Origin: Armatimonadota bacterium
GTDB lineage: Bacteria > Armatimonadota > Fimbriimonadia > Fimbriimonadales > GBS-DC
Direction: 5' to 3'
Length of the DNA: 64,000 bases
Assembly (NCBI GenBank): GCA_037445735.1
Contig: JBBIJY010000005.1
Location: 1-64,000, forward strand
Positions 20,793 to 30,873 of the stretch are shown here, in pieces (the stretch's first letter is position 1; every line of letters starts with the position of its first letter). The translations under genes were made by a program, and so were the position numbers. A model generated the notes under the pieces. That model worked only from the letters and a program-made list of their open reading frames with translations, was not told where the DNA came from and made no database searches.

Positions 20793-22496
20793 CTATCGCA
20801 GGCGAAAGCCGTAGAACCGTCCCCGATTGGGATCGTTGCCGCTCCAGCACCAGACCAGGCAGAGCGCGTCTGGCGTGTCGCCCGTGAAAAGCAGACTATC
20901 GCCCAGCAATGCGCCGTCCACTACATCAAGGCTATAGAAGCGATTGAAGGGGTTGCTTGCCGTGATGAACATCACGCGGGTTTTGGGCGTGCCATTCTCC
21001 GCCCACTGGGCTGCCACATACACATACGACACCTTGCGGTCGGAACGGTTGACGACAGCGATGTTCGCTTTGATCAGGGCGACGCCCGTGAGAATGGGCT
21101 GTGGATAGAGCGGGCAGAGGTCGCCAGCAGAAGCGTTCAGCGCATAGAGCCAGCCGTCCTGGGTGAGAAGATAGACACACTCCGTTCGGACATCGTAGGC
21201 GGGCGCGGTGATGACAGGCGCGTGCAGGCTGCTTTGCCAGAGCCACAGATTGCGCAGGGGGCTGTAACAGCCGACCCATGAACCGCTCACGATAATCACA
21301 TTGCCACGCCGCTCATCCAGGGCAGCCCCTGTAACGCCAGCGGAGCCGTTCGTCGCAATGCCGCTCGCAAGCGCCACCCCCTGATAGAGCAGATCGAAGC
21401 GCCCATCCGCACGCCCTACAAACACCAGCCCATTCGGTAAAGCCTGCAGCTGTACAATCGGGCTGGTGCGGGTGAACAGAACTACCCGAGCCACATTCGT
21501 TGCCAGCTCATAAACGCCGATATGCTGGTTGGGCAGCGCGAAGTAGAGACGGCTGCCATCCGAGAGGAGGGGCAGATTCGGGTTCGCCAGCAACCCGTTC
21601 AGCGGTAACCACTGGACGGCGACCGTTGCCCCGCCTGTCGCCTGCGTCCAGTCGAAGCAGGCAATCGCCCCCAGCGTGTTGAACAGATACCAGCGTGCTC
21701 CCACCACTGTGCCCCGTCCGCTGGGTAGCAGCCCCGTCACTTTTGCCTCGTAACGGATGTTATTCTGGAAGGTGCTGTTGGTGCTGAGCGGCTGGGGTGT
21801 TGAGAAGAGGCGTATATCGCTGCCACTCGCCGCAAGCCAGAAGAGTCGCCCGTTCAGCAGCTGCGGCGGACATGCGAGGGGATAGTTCTGCCAGGTGGAT
21901 GCCGTGGTGTGGGCAGAAACGCTGGCTTCTATACCCGCCACAAATTCCAGCGAGTTCAACCACTGGGAGTTGCTGACCGCCATCGCCTTCAGGGTCAGAA
22001 AGACCCCATCGGTGTTGCGATCCGACGGTGGACGCGCCTGAATGAATAGCCGCCGACTCTCAGAGGGCATAAAGGGGCTCATTTCCTCTCCAATCGCGGT
22101 TGCCTCGTTAAAGAGGTCATTCGCATCCCGCTGTTCGTAAAGATTGATTTGCCATGGGGTGGTGCCGACACCTTCGCTGGTGGCGGTTTTGAGCCGCAGG
22201 GTATCCACACCGTTGCCCTTATTGCGCACCAGCACCGAAAGCCAGCCGTCGCCTGATGGCACGGTCAGGTAGGGTGGGGATTCGTGCTCCCACTGCCAGC
22301 GCACGAGTTGCCCCACCCGTACCTGAGCGCTGTTGGAGAGGCTCAGTGGCTGCCCCGATGCGCTTGTTGCCACCGCCTGCAAGGTAAGGGTCGTTCCTGC
22401 CCACAACTGTCCGTCGGGCGTGCGTGGCGGCTGGGCAAGGGTCGTTGCCACCAGCACGCTGCCCATCATCCCTGCCATCAATCGCTTCGCTCTCAT
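20793..22496 (-). CDS. Secreted protein, Ig-like plus beta-propeller-like regions
   Basis: Signal peptide, VRNKGNGVDT, DGWLYALNA; function unknown. Confidence 0.65.
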   Translation of the reverse strand: MRAKRLMAGMMGSVLVATTLAQPPRTPDGQLWAGTTLTLQAVATSASGQPLSLSNSAQVRVGQLVRWQWEHESPPYLTVPSGDGWLSVLVRNKGNGVDTLRLKTATSEGVGTTPWQINLYEQRDANDLFNEATAIGEEMSPFMPSESRRLFIQARPPSDRNTDGVFLTLKAMAVSNSQWLNSLEFVAGIEASVSAHTTASTWQNYPLACPPQLLNGRLFWLAASGSDIRLFSTPQPLSTNSTFQNNIRYEAKVTGLLPSGRGTVVGARWYLFNTLGAIACFDWTQATGGATVAVQWLPLNGLLANPNLPLLSDGSRLYFALPNQHIGVYELATNVARVVLFTRTSPIVQLQALPNGLVFVGRADGRFDLLYQGVALASGIATNGSAGVTGAALDERRGNVIIVSGSWVGCYSPLRNLWLWQSSLHAPVITAPAYDVRTECVYLLTQDGWLYALNASAGDLCPLYPQPILTGVALIKANIAVVNRSDRKVSYVYVAAQWAENGTPKTRVMFITASNPFNRFYSLDVVDGALLGDSLLFTGDTPDALCLVWCWSGNDPNRGRFYGFRLR

Positions 22497-22793
22497 TGCC
22501 GTCCCTGCCGTTATTGGCGCGCGTGGCAAATCAGCTCTCCACGCCCGCGCCCTGTCCAGCAGGCACGGGACCGGAAGAAAGACGAGCGACCCACACCGCG
22601 CCATATGCATGCCCATACAGGAGCATCCCCTGTATGAACGCCCCAGTTACCAGGAAACCGCAACTACAGCCAAATGGAGCCTCTCAGCCCCACCCTTTCG
22701 GTATAAAGAAGCAGAAGGTGGCTTCGTTTTAGATTATACCCCATCCGCGCGGCGATTCCTGCTTAATGCGCGCGGAAAATCGCGCTTTTGCGG

Positions 22794-23000
22794 TCAGATG
22801 CCCGGAATCAGCCGCTGCAGACCCGATTTGAGGTCGCTCATGTGCTGGTTCGTCTTCTGCATCTCCTGCCGAATGGTGTCCAGTCGCTCGATGATGGCTA
22901 ACTGTGCGCGGTAGATAAACCAGAACCCGACGACCAGTGCGATCAGCTGCACCAGCATCAGCACCGTCAGCATGCGCCCGATTCGACCTGCGGTCTCCAT
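22794..23000 (-). CDS. Small single-TM coiled-coil protein
   Basis: GGAGGG RBS, METAGRIGRML..., one TM helix then heptads. Confidence 0.65.
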   Translation of the reverse strand: METAGRIGRMLTVLMLVQLIALVVGFWFIYRAQLAIIERLDTIRQEMQKTNQHMSDLKSGLQRLIPGI

Positions 23001-23037
23001 GTTTCTCCCTCCACGCGGAGAGGATACCCGCTGGCTC

Positions 23038-25656
23038 TCAACAGCCGTTGCCGAACTGGAACAGTACGCGTAGCAGGTCGGCATCATCGACCACATCGTC
23101 GCCGTTCAGGTCCGCATCGCCGCCTGCACTGGAGCCAAACGCCTGCAGGACAGCGAACAGGTCGGCGTCGTTCACACAGCCGTCCCCGTTCACATCCCCT
23201 GGCAGCGACGGGCGCAGCTGCATCACAAAGGCATCGGTATCCCCTGTCTCACGGGTGAAGGAGCCAGCAATCAACACGCGCCCTGCCGAATCGACGCGGA
23301 TTGCAGAGAGGATGGTGCGCCCCTCCGGGTGCAGGGTGGACACCAGACGCCACTGCTGATTCCCCACAGGGTTCAGCTGGCGCACCACCATCGTGTTCGC
23401 ACCATCGTGCCCATCGAGCCAGCTGGAGGTCGCTATATAGAAGTTGCTGGCGCTATCGGTGGCGACCGTTACCTGATCGCCGATGGTCAGCCATCCGCGG
23501 AGCCAGCGCAGCGCGCCGTCCGGTGTTATCCGATAGGCAAGCAGGCGTTCAGGTTGCTGCACCGCGCCGTACAGGTCTCCGGAAGGCGCCACCACCTGCG
23601 CGAACCGCCCGGAGTTAATTGGCAGCCGATTTTGCCAGAGCAACTCCCCTGCGGGGCTGATCTTGATAATGGTCAGAAACGAGCGACCCGCCTCTGCATC
23701 GTTGACAAAGCTGCTGACAAAGGCATTATCCTGACCGTCTGTCAGCAAAGCAGGTAAGAAGAGGGGCACAACGACTCGCCACTGCTCGGCTCCGTCCGCC
23801 GTGTAGCGGATCAGCAGCGTTCCGCCATCGGGCTCTGCGCGAGCCAGCAGATACGCGCCGCCATCGCGTGTTGCCCGCACGAATTCGTTCAGCGGAGTGG
23901 TGCTGAAGGGTTGCGTAAAATGCCAGACACGCTGCCCGTTCGAAGCGAGTTTCAGCAGGAACGACTGCTGGGCATTTCCCTCGATGTGGCTGCCTCCCAC
24001 AAAAATCGAGCCGTCAGGCGCAATCGCCATCGACACAAAGCTCTGCGTGCCGCTGAGACGCTCGGTGCGATCCCAGAGCCGTTGCCCGCTGGGGGCATAT
24101 TTCATCGCACGCGGGTCGCTCCAGGTCGTGGAATCGGTGAGCCAGCTGCCTGCTGTCACCCAGTTGTCTGCACCATCGATGCCTGCCTGCTCCAGTGCGG
24201 GAACCTGCCAGCGCAGAGTACCTCCTGGCGCATAGCTCAGCCCCTGAAAGTCGCCCCCTGCATCGACCAGCACCGCGCTATTGTCGGCACGATCGAGCGA
24301 TAAGCCCCGCGCTGCATCCGATGGTGAGCGCTGCTGGCTGACCCGCTGACTATAGAGCAGATCACCCATAACATCCAGACTGACCACAAAAACTTCGCTG
24401 GAGAATACCTTCCCCAACCCAACACTCTGACCCGCAGCGTTAACCAGAATCTTGATAGCATCGAGGGAGAAGTTGCCGGGACGAACCGTGCGAGTCCATA
24501 TTGTGCTGCCGTCCCATGCCAGACGATAAACATCGAAACTCCATGCAGTGGCTGCAGGCAGCATCACCCAGGTTTCTCCTGAGGGGTGAGCTGCTATCGC
24601 GACGCGCCCGCCTAATAAGGTGCCGAAGTCGTTGCGTAGCCAGCCGAGTGCCAGTGAAGGGTTCAACCGCGCCACAAGGCGTGTTGACCCATCAGAACCG
24701 CCCAGAAAGAGGTTGCCCGCTGCGTCGATGTGCGCACTCCAGGTGATTGGGCGCGAGCCAGAATAAGCCCACTGTGCCAGCCGGCTGCCGTCAGGCGCAT
24801 ACTTCTCGACCCTCAGATCAGGGTAAACCCCATACAGATTGCCGAACCGATCCGCCCCGGCAGCCCATGCGGGCCTCGCCGGCGGAAAACCTGAACTGGG
24901 TGGGAGCGGTATATCAGACAGAATCTGCCAGAGGACGGAACCCGTTGCGCTGAGCCTCGCACGGGCATAAAAAAGACCTGAGGGTCTCTCAAGATTATAG
25001 CCCGAACCGATCAGAAACAGCCCTCCGTCGCTATCCACAGAGGCGGCGCCGACATAGAACGCGGGCAGGAACCGTCTCCACGCCAGCCCCCATGTAGGGG
25101 TCAACTTGACGAGAACCGTACCCGCAGAGCGACCCTCCGCATCCATACACATGATGTACCGATTACCCGCTTGATCGATAAAGGCCACATCTGTGCCGTA
25201 GGTCCCGAACGGAGCAATCGTGCTGCTGATAGGGAACCGATATGAATGCACATCAAGCAGCTCGCCTGATGGCAGAAAGCGCACCACACCGATTCGGTTG
25301 AGGTCGGGATTACTCTGGCTCACAACAACCTTCACGAAAAGGTTCACATTCCCTGATGAATCGAGGGCGGCTCCGATGAGGGTGTGGTAAAGTCCCTGTG
25401 GATACCGCCACTCCCGCTGCCAGACTATCTGTCCGGAGGCGCTGAACTTCTGGACTAAAATCACGGGACCGGAAAACAAGTCTGCAACGAGATAGAAATT
25501 GCCCGACTCATCTATCAGGCTATGGGAGACAGTTAGAGAGCTGAACCGCGGCTCGCCGTTGAAGGTGTTGATCCATGCAGGGCGCGGCGCCTGTGCCAGA
25601 GCGGGTGCCATCCCCAGCATAATCAGTCCCGCCACCACGACGCCGATTCCTCGCAT
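23038..25656 (-). CDS. Secreted beta-propeller repeat protein with C-terminal dockerin-like domain
   Basis: Repeated KY/F..xG...W units; GDVNGDGCVNDADL...FGNGC. Confidence 0.8.
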   Translation of the reverse strand: MRGIGVVVAGLIMLGMAPALAQAPRPAWINTFNGEPRFSSLTVSHSLIDESGNFYLVADLFSGPVILVQKFSASGQIVWQREWRYPQGLYHTLIGAALDSSGNVNLFVKVVVSQSNPDLNRIGVVRFLPSGELLDVHSYRFPISSTIAPFGTYGTDVAFIDQAGNRYIMCMDAEGRSAGTVLVKLTPTWGLAWRRFLPAFYVGAASVDSDGGLFLIGSGYNLERPSGLFYARARLSATGSVLWQILSDIPLPPSSGFPPARPAWAAGADRFGNLYGVYPDLRVEKYAPDGSRLAQWAYSGSRPITWSAHIDAAGNLFLGGSDGSTRLVARLNPSLALGWLRNDFGTLLGGRVAIAAHPSGETWVMLPAATAWSFDVYRLAWDGSTIWTRTVRPGNFSLDAIKILVNAAGQSVGLGKVFSSEVFVVSLDVMGDLLYSQRVSQQRSPSDAARGLSLDRADNSAVLVDAGGDFQGLSYAPGGTLRWQVPALEQAGIDGADNWVTAGSWLTDSTTWSDPRAMKYAPSGQRLWDRTERLSGTQSFVSMAIAPDGSIFVGGSHIEGNAQQSFLLKLASNGQRVWHFTQPFSTTPLNEFVRATRDGGAYLLARAEPDGGTLLIRYTADGAEQWRVVVPLFLPALLTDGQDNAFVSSFVNDAEAGRSFLTIIKISPAGELLWQNRLPINSGRFAQVVAPSGDLYGAVQQPERLLAYRITPDGALRWLRGWLTIGDQVTVATDSASNFYIATSSWLDGHDGANTMVVRQLNPVGNQQWRLVSTLHPEGRTILSAIRVDSAGRVLIAGSFTRETGDTDAFVMQLRPSLPGDVNGDGCVNDADLFAVLQAFGSSAGGDADLNGDDVVDDADLLRVLFQFGNGC

Positions 25657-25760
25657 CGCCTTATCCTCCCCTGGTGCTGATTGTTAGACGCCTCGCCACT
25701 TATCGGGTTTCACAGGATGCAGGAATCGCCCGCGCTGCATGGAATAGTTCTGGCGTGGGA

Positions 25761-26801
25761 ATGCGCTGGTGGTTAATAGGTTCTGGGTTGATGCTGTTGA
25801 TGGCGCAGGCGTCGGCGCAGGAGCTGGAGCGCTATCTGCATCTGCGGCGCCTGCATAAGGTGCAGGGCGTTACGCCGATTGCCGCGCTGGAGATTGCCGT
25901 CGGCAAGCGCGTGCTGGAGGTGGAGGGCATCGTGCGCGGCTCGATTGCCGTGGATAACCAGCAATCGATTCTGCTGGAGGTGGAGCCGTCGCGCAGCCTG
26001 GTAATCCAGATTGGCAAGGGACATAACTGGCTCACGCGCGGGCAGGTTCGCATCCGTGCGCTGGTGCAGGTCGCCCGCGCGAGCGAGCTGGTGACGCCCG
26101 ATTATCGGCTGGTCGATGCCATTTATGCCGATATGATGGCGCGTTATGAGGCGCAGGTGCGCTCGCGCCCGCCCGCCGAGCCGCCGGCGAAGCCTGCTGC
26201 CCGCAATACCACGGTACGGGCGCGGTCGCCGCGCCCATCGCTCTCCAGTCGTGGCGCAGCCGCTCAGCCGCCCACCATCACCGACTGGCAGACCTTCGCG
26301 GCAAACCTGGAACTCTATGTGCCGTACTACTATCAGGCGATTCGGCGGTTCAATCCGCGCCTGCCCGCCGATCAAGCTGAACAGATTGCCCGCGCCATCC
26401 TGCGCTTCAGCGCGCACTACGGGGTTGACCCGCGCTTTATCGTGGCGATTGTGCTGGTCGAATCGGGCTTCAATCCGAAAGCGACCTCGCGCAAGGGCGC
26501 GATGGGACTGGGGCAGCTGATGCCCGGCACCGCGCGCGGGCTGGGCGTGGTGGACCCCTATGACCCCATTCAGAACCTGGCGGGCACGGTGCGACTGGTG
26601 CGCGGGCATCTGGAGCGCTACTGGCGACAGGTGGGAGGCGACCCGAACACATGGGAGCATGTGGTGCTGATGCTGGCTGCCTATAACGCGGGTTCGGGCG
26701 CCGTGCGCAAGCACGGCGGTGTGCCACCCTACAGGGAGACGCAAAACTATATCCGCAAGGTGATTGCCGTCTACAAGCGGCTGTGCGGGATCAGGGAGTA
26801 A
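25761..26801 (+). CDS. Lytic transglycosylase (SLT domain)
   Basis: VESGFNPKATSRKGAMGLGQLMPGTA, AAYNAG, ETQNY. Confidence 0.92.
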   Translation: MRWWLIGSGLMLLMAQASAQELERYLHLRRLHKVQGVTPIAALEIAVGKRVLEVEGIVRGSIAVDNQQSILLEVEPSRSLVIQIGKGHNWLTRGQVRIRALVQVARASELVTPDYRLVDAIYADMMARYEAQVRSRPPAEPPAKPAARNTTVRARSPRPSLSSRGAAAQPPTITDWQTFAANLELYVPYYYQAIRRFNPRLPADQAEQIARAILRFSAHYGVDPRFIVAIVLVESGFNPKATSRKGAMGLGQLMPGTARGLGVVDPYDPIQNLAGTVRLVRGHLERYWRQVGGDPNTWEHVVLMLAAYNAGSGAVRKHGGVPPYRETQNYIRKVIAVYKRLCGIRE

Positions 26802-26810
26802 AAGAGGCGA

Positions 26811-26979
26811 CCCTCTCCCCCGCTGGGGGAAAGGGGCTTCAGAAACCCCCTCACCCGTACCCTCTCCCCCGCTGGGGGAGAGGGGTTCGGAGGCTCCCTC
26901 TCCCCTCTGGGGAGAGGGTACAGATGAGGGGGCATTCCGGGGTGAGACGCCCAAGTCACGCGAGGGTACGGGTGAGGGG
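26811..26979. repeat. Cluster of CCCTCTCCC..GGGAGAGGG palindromes (REP-like family B)
   Basis: Three hairpins at ~26811, 26860, 26896 plus CCCCTCACCCGTACCCTC / GAGGGTACGGGTGAGGGG inverted pair. Confidence 0.75.
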
Positions 26980-26990
26980 TGCATGCAAAA

Positions 26991-27033
26991 GCGGGTATAA
27001 TTAAGCGCAGAGCGCCAGCCTTCCAGGCGAGCG
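26991..27033 (+). pseudogene. Degenerate 5' half of tRNA-Gly(TCC)
   Basis: About 33/44 positions match the intact tRNA-Gly 92 bp downstream by manual alignment, including CCAGCCTTCCA. Confidence 0.6.
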
Positions 27034-27082
27034 CCCAGACAGCCCTGCTGCTGACCAGCAGCAGGGAACTGACAGGAAGCGA

Positions 27083-27156
<74 letters not shown>

Positions 27157-27341
27157 TACTCCCTGTCGTTTCTGATACCCCTACCTGTTGTGCTTCTCAT
27201 ACCTCGCGCCTCTTGCGAAACGCACGAGGCTGAGATTCCTCGAACACGCCTTGCCTGTTTGTAGGGTCAGGCTCCCCCGATTTTCACTGCAGAGGCGTCT
27301 CACAGGTGGGGCGAAAAGGGGGGCTGTGCCACAGCATAGAG

Positions 27342-27418
27342 TGGTAGCGGCGGGCGGATTCGAACCGCCGACCTACCGGGTATGAGCCGGTCGCTCTCAC
27401 CAACTGAGCTACGCCGCC
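27342..27418 (-). tRNA. tRNA with CAT anticodon (probably elongator Met)
   Basis: ACCGG-CTCATAC-CCGGT, GGTTCGAAT, CCA; lacks the initiator GGG/CCC stem. Confidence 0.9.
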
Positions 27419-27422
27419 AGAA

Positions 27423-27509
27423 TGGTGCGGGCGGAGGGACTCGAACCCCCACGGGCGAACGCCCACTAGAACCTGAATCTAGCGTGTCTACCAATTCCAC
27501 CACGCCCGC
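27423..27509 (-). tRNA. tRNA-Leu(CAG)
   Basis: CTAGA-TTCAGGT-TCTAG, long variable arm, CCA. Confidence 0.95.
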
Positions 27510-27524
27510 ACCTTGCTCGCTATT

Positions 27525-27554
27525 AATATACCCTCTCGCTGGCGAAAAAGTCAA
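27525..27554 (-). promoter_or_regulatory. Sigma70-type promoter for tRNA-Leu/Met pair
   Basis: TTGACT-N18-TATATT immediately upstream of tRNA-Leu. Confidence 0.65.
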
Positions 27555-27570
27555 GTACGGAGGAGGAGAA

Positions 27571-27687
27571 ATGAAATACATCGGGCTCGACATTAGCGGG
27601 AACATCACCGCGTACGCATGCCTGTTGCCCGTCACGGGCAGCACCATGCGCCCTCCCCCCTTTGTCAAGGGGTCAGGCGGGTTATGA
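27571..27687 (+). pseudogene. Possible IS110/RuvC-like N-terminal remnant
   Basis: GGAGGAGGAG RBS, then MKYIGLDIS; only 38 codons. Confidence 0.4.
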
Positions 27688-28485
27688 ACCGCTTGCGCGT
27701 CGGACCGCCTGCTCGATCAGCGGCTTGATGGTGGCGGCAGGCAGGACAAAGAGCGTGGTGCCGCCCTGACCGCCAAAACTCATGGAGAAGCCGAAATCGC
27801 TCTCGTCGTCCTGTTTCAAGCCGTGCCCCATCAGCACGGCGACACCGACCGCCTCGCCCGTAAGCGTGTAGACGGGCAGCCCCACCTCGCTGATGTTGCC
27901 CTCCATCAGGAACGCCCTGCGCGGCTTGCTCACCTCCCCAATCACGCGCCCGCTGGAAAAGTAAGGCGCGTAATCAAAACCCTTCGGCAGGCGCGACACG
28001 GTGAACAGCTCCTGCCCAATCGACGGCGGCGCGTCGCGAAACTGCACCGGCGTCAGCGTGCGACCCTCCAGCTCCTTGATTTTCAAAAATGCCAGTCCCA
28101 GCTGCGAATCGGTCGCCACCAGCGTCGCCTCGTACTCCTTGCTCTCCTGACCAAAGATAACTTTGAAGCTCTGGGGGGTCAGCTTGAAGTCGAAGCGGTC
28201 CTCCTGATCCGATTCGTCGACGCCCATCATCTGTTTGAGGCTCTCAGCCGACAGCGGCATCGCGGAAAGCAGAATCAAGCCGTCGGGCGAGACGACCGCG
28301 CCCTGCATGCTGAACTTCTGCTCGGTCGACTGGCTCTCTTCACCCGACTTGAACTCGTACTTCATCACCACACGCACCGTGACGATGCTCGGCGCGATTT
28401 TATCGAGCAGCTGCTTCGGACCGCTGGACGGCTCCTGCGCGCACAGCACGCTCAAACTCATAAGCCAGAGTGCGATCGGTTTCAT
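27682..28485 (-). CDS. Trypsin-like protease-fold protein, probably inactive
   Basis: PSIVTV, GAVVSPDGLIL, LAFLKI; no TNxH or GNSGGP. Confidence 0.7.
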   Translation of the reverse strand: MKPIALWLMSLSVLCAQEPSSGPKQLLDKIAPSIVTVRVVMKYEFKSGEESQSTEQKFSMQGAVVSPDGLILLSAMPLSAESLKQMMGVDESDQEDRFDFKLTPQSFKVIFGQESKEYEATLVATDSQLGLAFLKIKELEGRTLTPVQFRDAPPSIGQELFTVSRLPKGFDYAPYFSSGRVIGEVSKPRRAFLMEGNISEVGLPVYTLTGEAVGVAVLMGHGLKQDDESDFGFSMSFGGQGGTTLFVLPAATIKPLIEQAVRRASGS

Positions 28486-28499
28486 CTGCGTTTTTCCTC

Positions 28500-30569
28500 C
28501 TACAGGTTCAGTTGTTTCCAGTCCGGCTCGAGGAACACGAAGTGGGTGTCATCATCCCGCCGGACGAAGAGAATGAGAACGGGCGGGCGCCGTTTGAGAA
28601 TCTGTTCCATCACCTGCTGGAACGCTTTTGTGTCACGGATGGGCTGTTCGTTGATGGCGAGGATGAGGTCGTTCAGGCGCAATCCGCCCAGTTGCGCCCA
28701 GCCGCCGTTCGCCACCTCCGTCACGATGACGCCCATCTGATCCGGGCGCCAGCGGTTGCGCATCCGATCCATCGGCGTCACATCGCGCACGGCGAACTCC
28801 AGCTCCTTCTGGCGCACGATTCGGCTGGTCTGGGCGGAGTCGGGCGTCGGCTCCAGTCGGACCGCGATTTTGAGCGTCTGCTCCCCGCGCAGGATGGTCA
28901 GCGTCGCTGTCTCGCCAATCGTGAGCTGTTCGATGCGCCGCTCCAGATCGCGGGCGTCCTGCACGCGCGATGCCTGCAGCGGCTCGCCGTTGAGCGCGAG
29001 AATAATGTCGCCCACGCGCAACCCCGCCTTGCTCGCCTCCGACCAGGGCAGCACTTCGGTGATCCGGAAGCCCTTGAGGTCAGGCTTGCCCAGCGATTCG
29101 GCGACCTGCCGGGTGATGACCTGCGTGCGGATTCCCATCCACGGTTTGGGCAGCTCGGTGCTGGGATTGGGTTCGCTCGGTGGCTTGTTGCGCACCGCGC
29201 TGATGATGATTTCCTCTTTGCGCTGGAAGGTGATGGGGATCAGCTCTTTGCCTTTGAAGGCGGCGAGCGCGGCTTGCAGGTCGCTCAGGGTGCGGATGGG
29301 TCGGTCGCCCACCTGCAGGATCACATCGCCCACGCTGAAGCTCGGCTCCGCGTTGTCCAGCGGGTAGCCCGGTCGGATGCCGGTGATATACGCGCCCTGC
29401 CGGGGTAGCTTGCGCGCGTAGGCGAAGGGGCGGGTGATCTCCCGCGCAGTGAAGCCCAGCTCGCGGAACTCGCGCTCCTGACCATAGTACGGCTCCATCG
29501 GGGCGACGGTGAGCGTCAGGCGCAACCGCTTCCCTTTGCGCTCCAGCTCGGCAACCACCTGCTTGCCCACAGGCAAATCGGCTATCTGCTGATAGACCAG
29601 CGGCACCTCTTCCAGGAAGCGCACGCGCACAGGCTTGCCATCCAGCTTCAGCAGGATATCGCCGGGCAGAAGACCGGCGCGCTCCGCGGGCGATTCGGGC
29701 GTGACGGAGGCAATCAGCGCACCCGTCTGACGCCGCAGTTTCTCCACTGGCAGCACCGAGATGCCCAGCCAGCCGCGCCGAATCGTGCCCGTTTGCAGAA
29801 CCTGTCGCAGCACCTTGCGAGCGATATTGGACGGGATGGCGAAGCCGACGCCCCGGCCGCCCAGCTGATTGATGCCGATGACCTCCCCACGAAGGTTCAC
29901 CAGCGGTCCGCCAGAGTTGCCCGGCAGGATCAGCGCGTCGTGTTGAATCCAGCGGGTGAGCATGCCAGAGCGGTCACCCCGCTCAAACTCGGCTGCCTCG
30001 ATCTGGGAGCCGACCACATCGGTGAACACGCGGCGCGGGTTGGAAACAATCCCCAGCGTCACCGACGACGAGAGCAGCAGCGGATTGCCCATCGCCAGCA
30101 CATAGTCGCCTGTCTGCACCTTATCGGAGTCGCCCAGCGGCGCAAAGGGCAGAATTCGTTTTGCCCGCCTGCCGCCCGCATTCTCTTGCGGGAACTGAAT
30201 CTGCAGGATGCTGAGGTCGGTGAGGGGGTCGTGCGTCACCACGCGCGCTTCGAACCGCTCGCCCGTGCTGAGGGTGCAAAAGATTCGCACGGCATCTTCC
30301 GCCACATGGTAGTTGGTCAGCACGACGCCGCCAGGCGTTACAATCACGCCGCTGCCGCCGCTCAGCCCGTACTGGGCGCGCCCACCCTCGTAATAGCGCG
30401 TGACGGTCAGGATATTCACCAGTGCGGGAAACACCCGGTCGCGCGCCCGCTCCAGATCGCGGCGAAGCGTATCGCTGATGGGGCGCCGGCTCTGAATCGG
30501 CTGCGCCGTCGTCAGCCCCAGCGCCACCATTAGCAAGCCTCCTATCAGGGCAACTCTCATCGGCTTCAT
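28500..30569 (-). CDS. HtrA/DegP-like serine protease with multiple PDZ domains
   Basis: LTNYHV, TDLSIL, PGNSGGPL, about four PDZ repeats. Confidence 0.92.
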   Translation of the reverse strand: MKPMRVALIGGLLMVALGLTTAQPIQSRRPISDTLRRDLERARDRVFPALVNILTVTRYYEGGRAQYGLSGGSGVIVTPGGVVLTNYHVAEDAVRIFCTLSTGERFEARVVTHDPLTDLSILQIQFPQENAGGRRAKRILPFAPLGDSDKVQTGDYVLAMGNPLLLSSSVTLGIVSNPRRVFTDVVGSQIEAAEFERGDRSGMLTRWIQHDALILPGNSGGPLVNLRGEVIGINQLGGRGVGFAIPSNIARKVLRQVLQTGTIRRGWLGISVLPVEKLRRQTGALIASVTPESPAERAGLLPGDILLKLDGKPVRVRFLEEVPLVYQQIADLPVGKQVVAELERKGKRLRLTLTVAPMEPYYGQEREFRELGFTAREITRPFAYARKLPRQGAYITGIRPGYPLDNAEPSFSVGDVILQVGDRPIRTLSDLQAALAAFKGKELIPITFQRKEEIIISAVRNKPPSEPNPSTELPKPWMGIRTQVITRQVAESLGKPDLKGFRITEVLPWSEASKAGLRVGDIILALNGEPLQASRVQDARDLERRIEQLTIGETATLTILRGEQTLKIAVRLEPTPDSAQTSRIVRQKELEFAVRDVTPMDRMRNRWRPDQMGVIVTEVANGGWAQLGGLRLNDLILAINEQPIRDTKAFQQVMEQILKRRPPVLILFVRRDDDTHFVFLEPDWKQLNL

Positions 30570-30606
30570 CCAGGTGAAAGTTTACCCCATGTGGAGGCTC
30601 TACCTC

Positions 30607-30638
30607 TGGACTGCGGAAGCAAAGCTTCCGCGCTCAGA
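30607..30638. repeat. REP-like palindrome, family A
   Basis: TGGACTGCGGAAGC-AAA-GCTTCCGCGCTCAGA. Confidence 0.7.
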
Positions 30639-30873
30639 GACTGTCCAATCTCCCGAAGCGGGTGGAATACCAGCAGTGCAATAGCCACCTATCGCTGGCG
30701 GCTCAAGCCGTGCCTGTACCCGCGAAGCCGACCTTCGTCGGCTGATAGCCAGCGCAGGTGGGCTTTGTCTGTGCAGGAATCTTCCTCTACCTGCCGAACC
30801 TATCCCTACACAGGAGGTGAGCGTAGCGGCAAAGGGTATCCAGCGGACACCGCCCTCGCTTGCCCGATGAATT

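Noticed and set aside
26811-26979. CRISPR array
   Set aside because: Irregular palindromes without constant repeat-spacer periodicity
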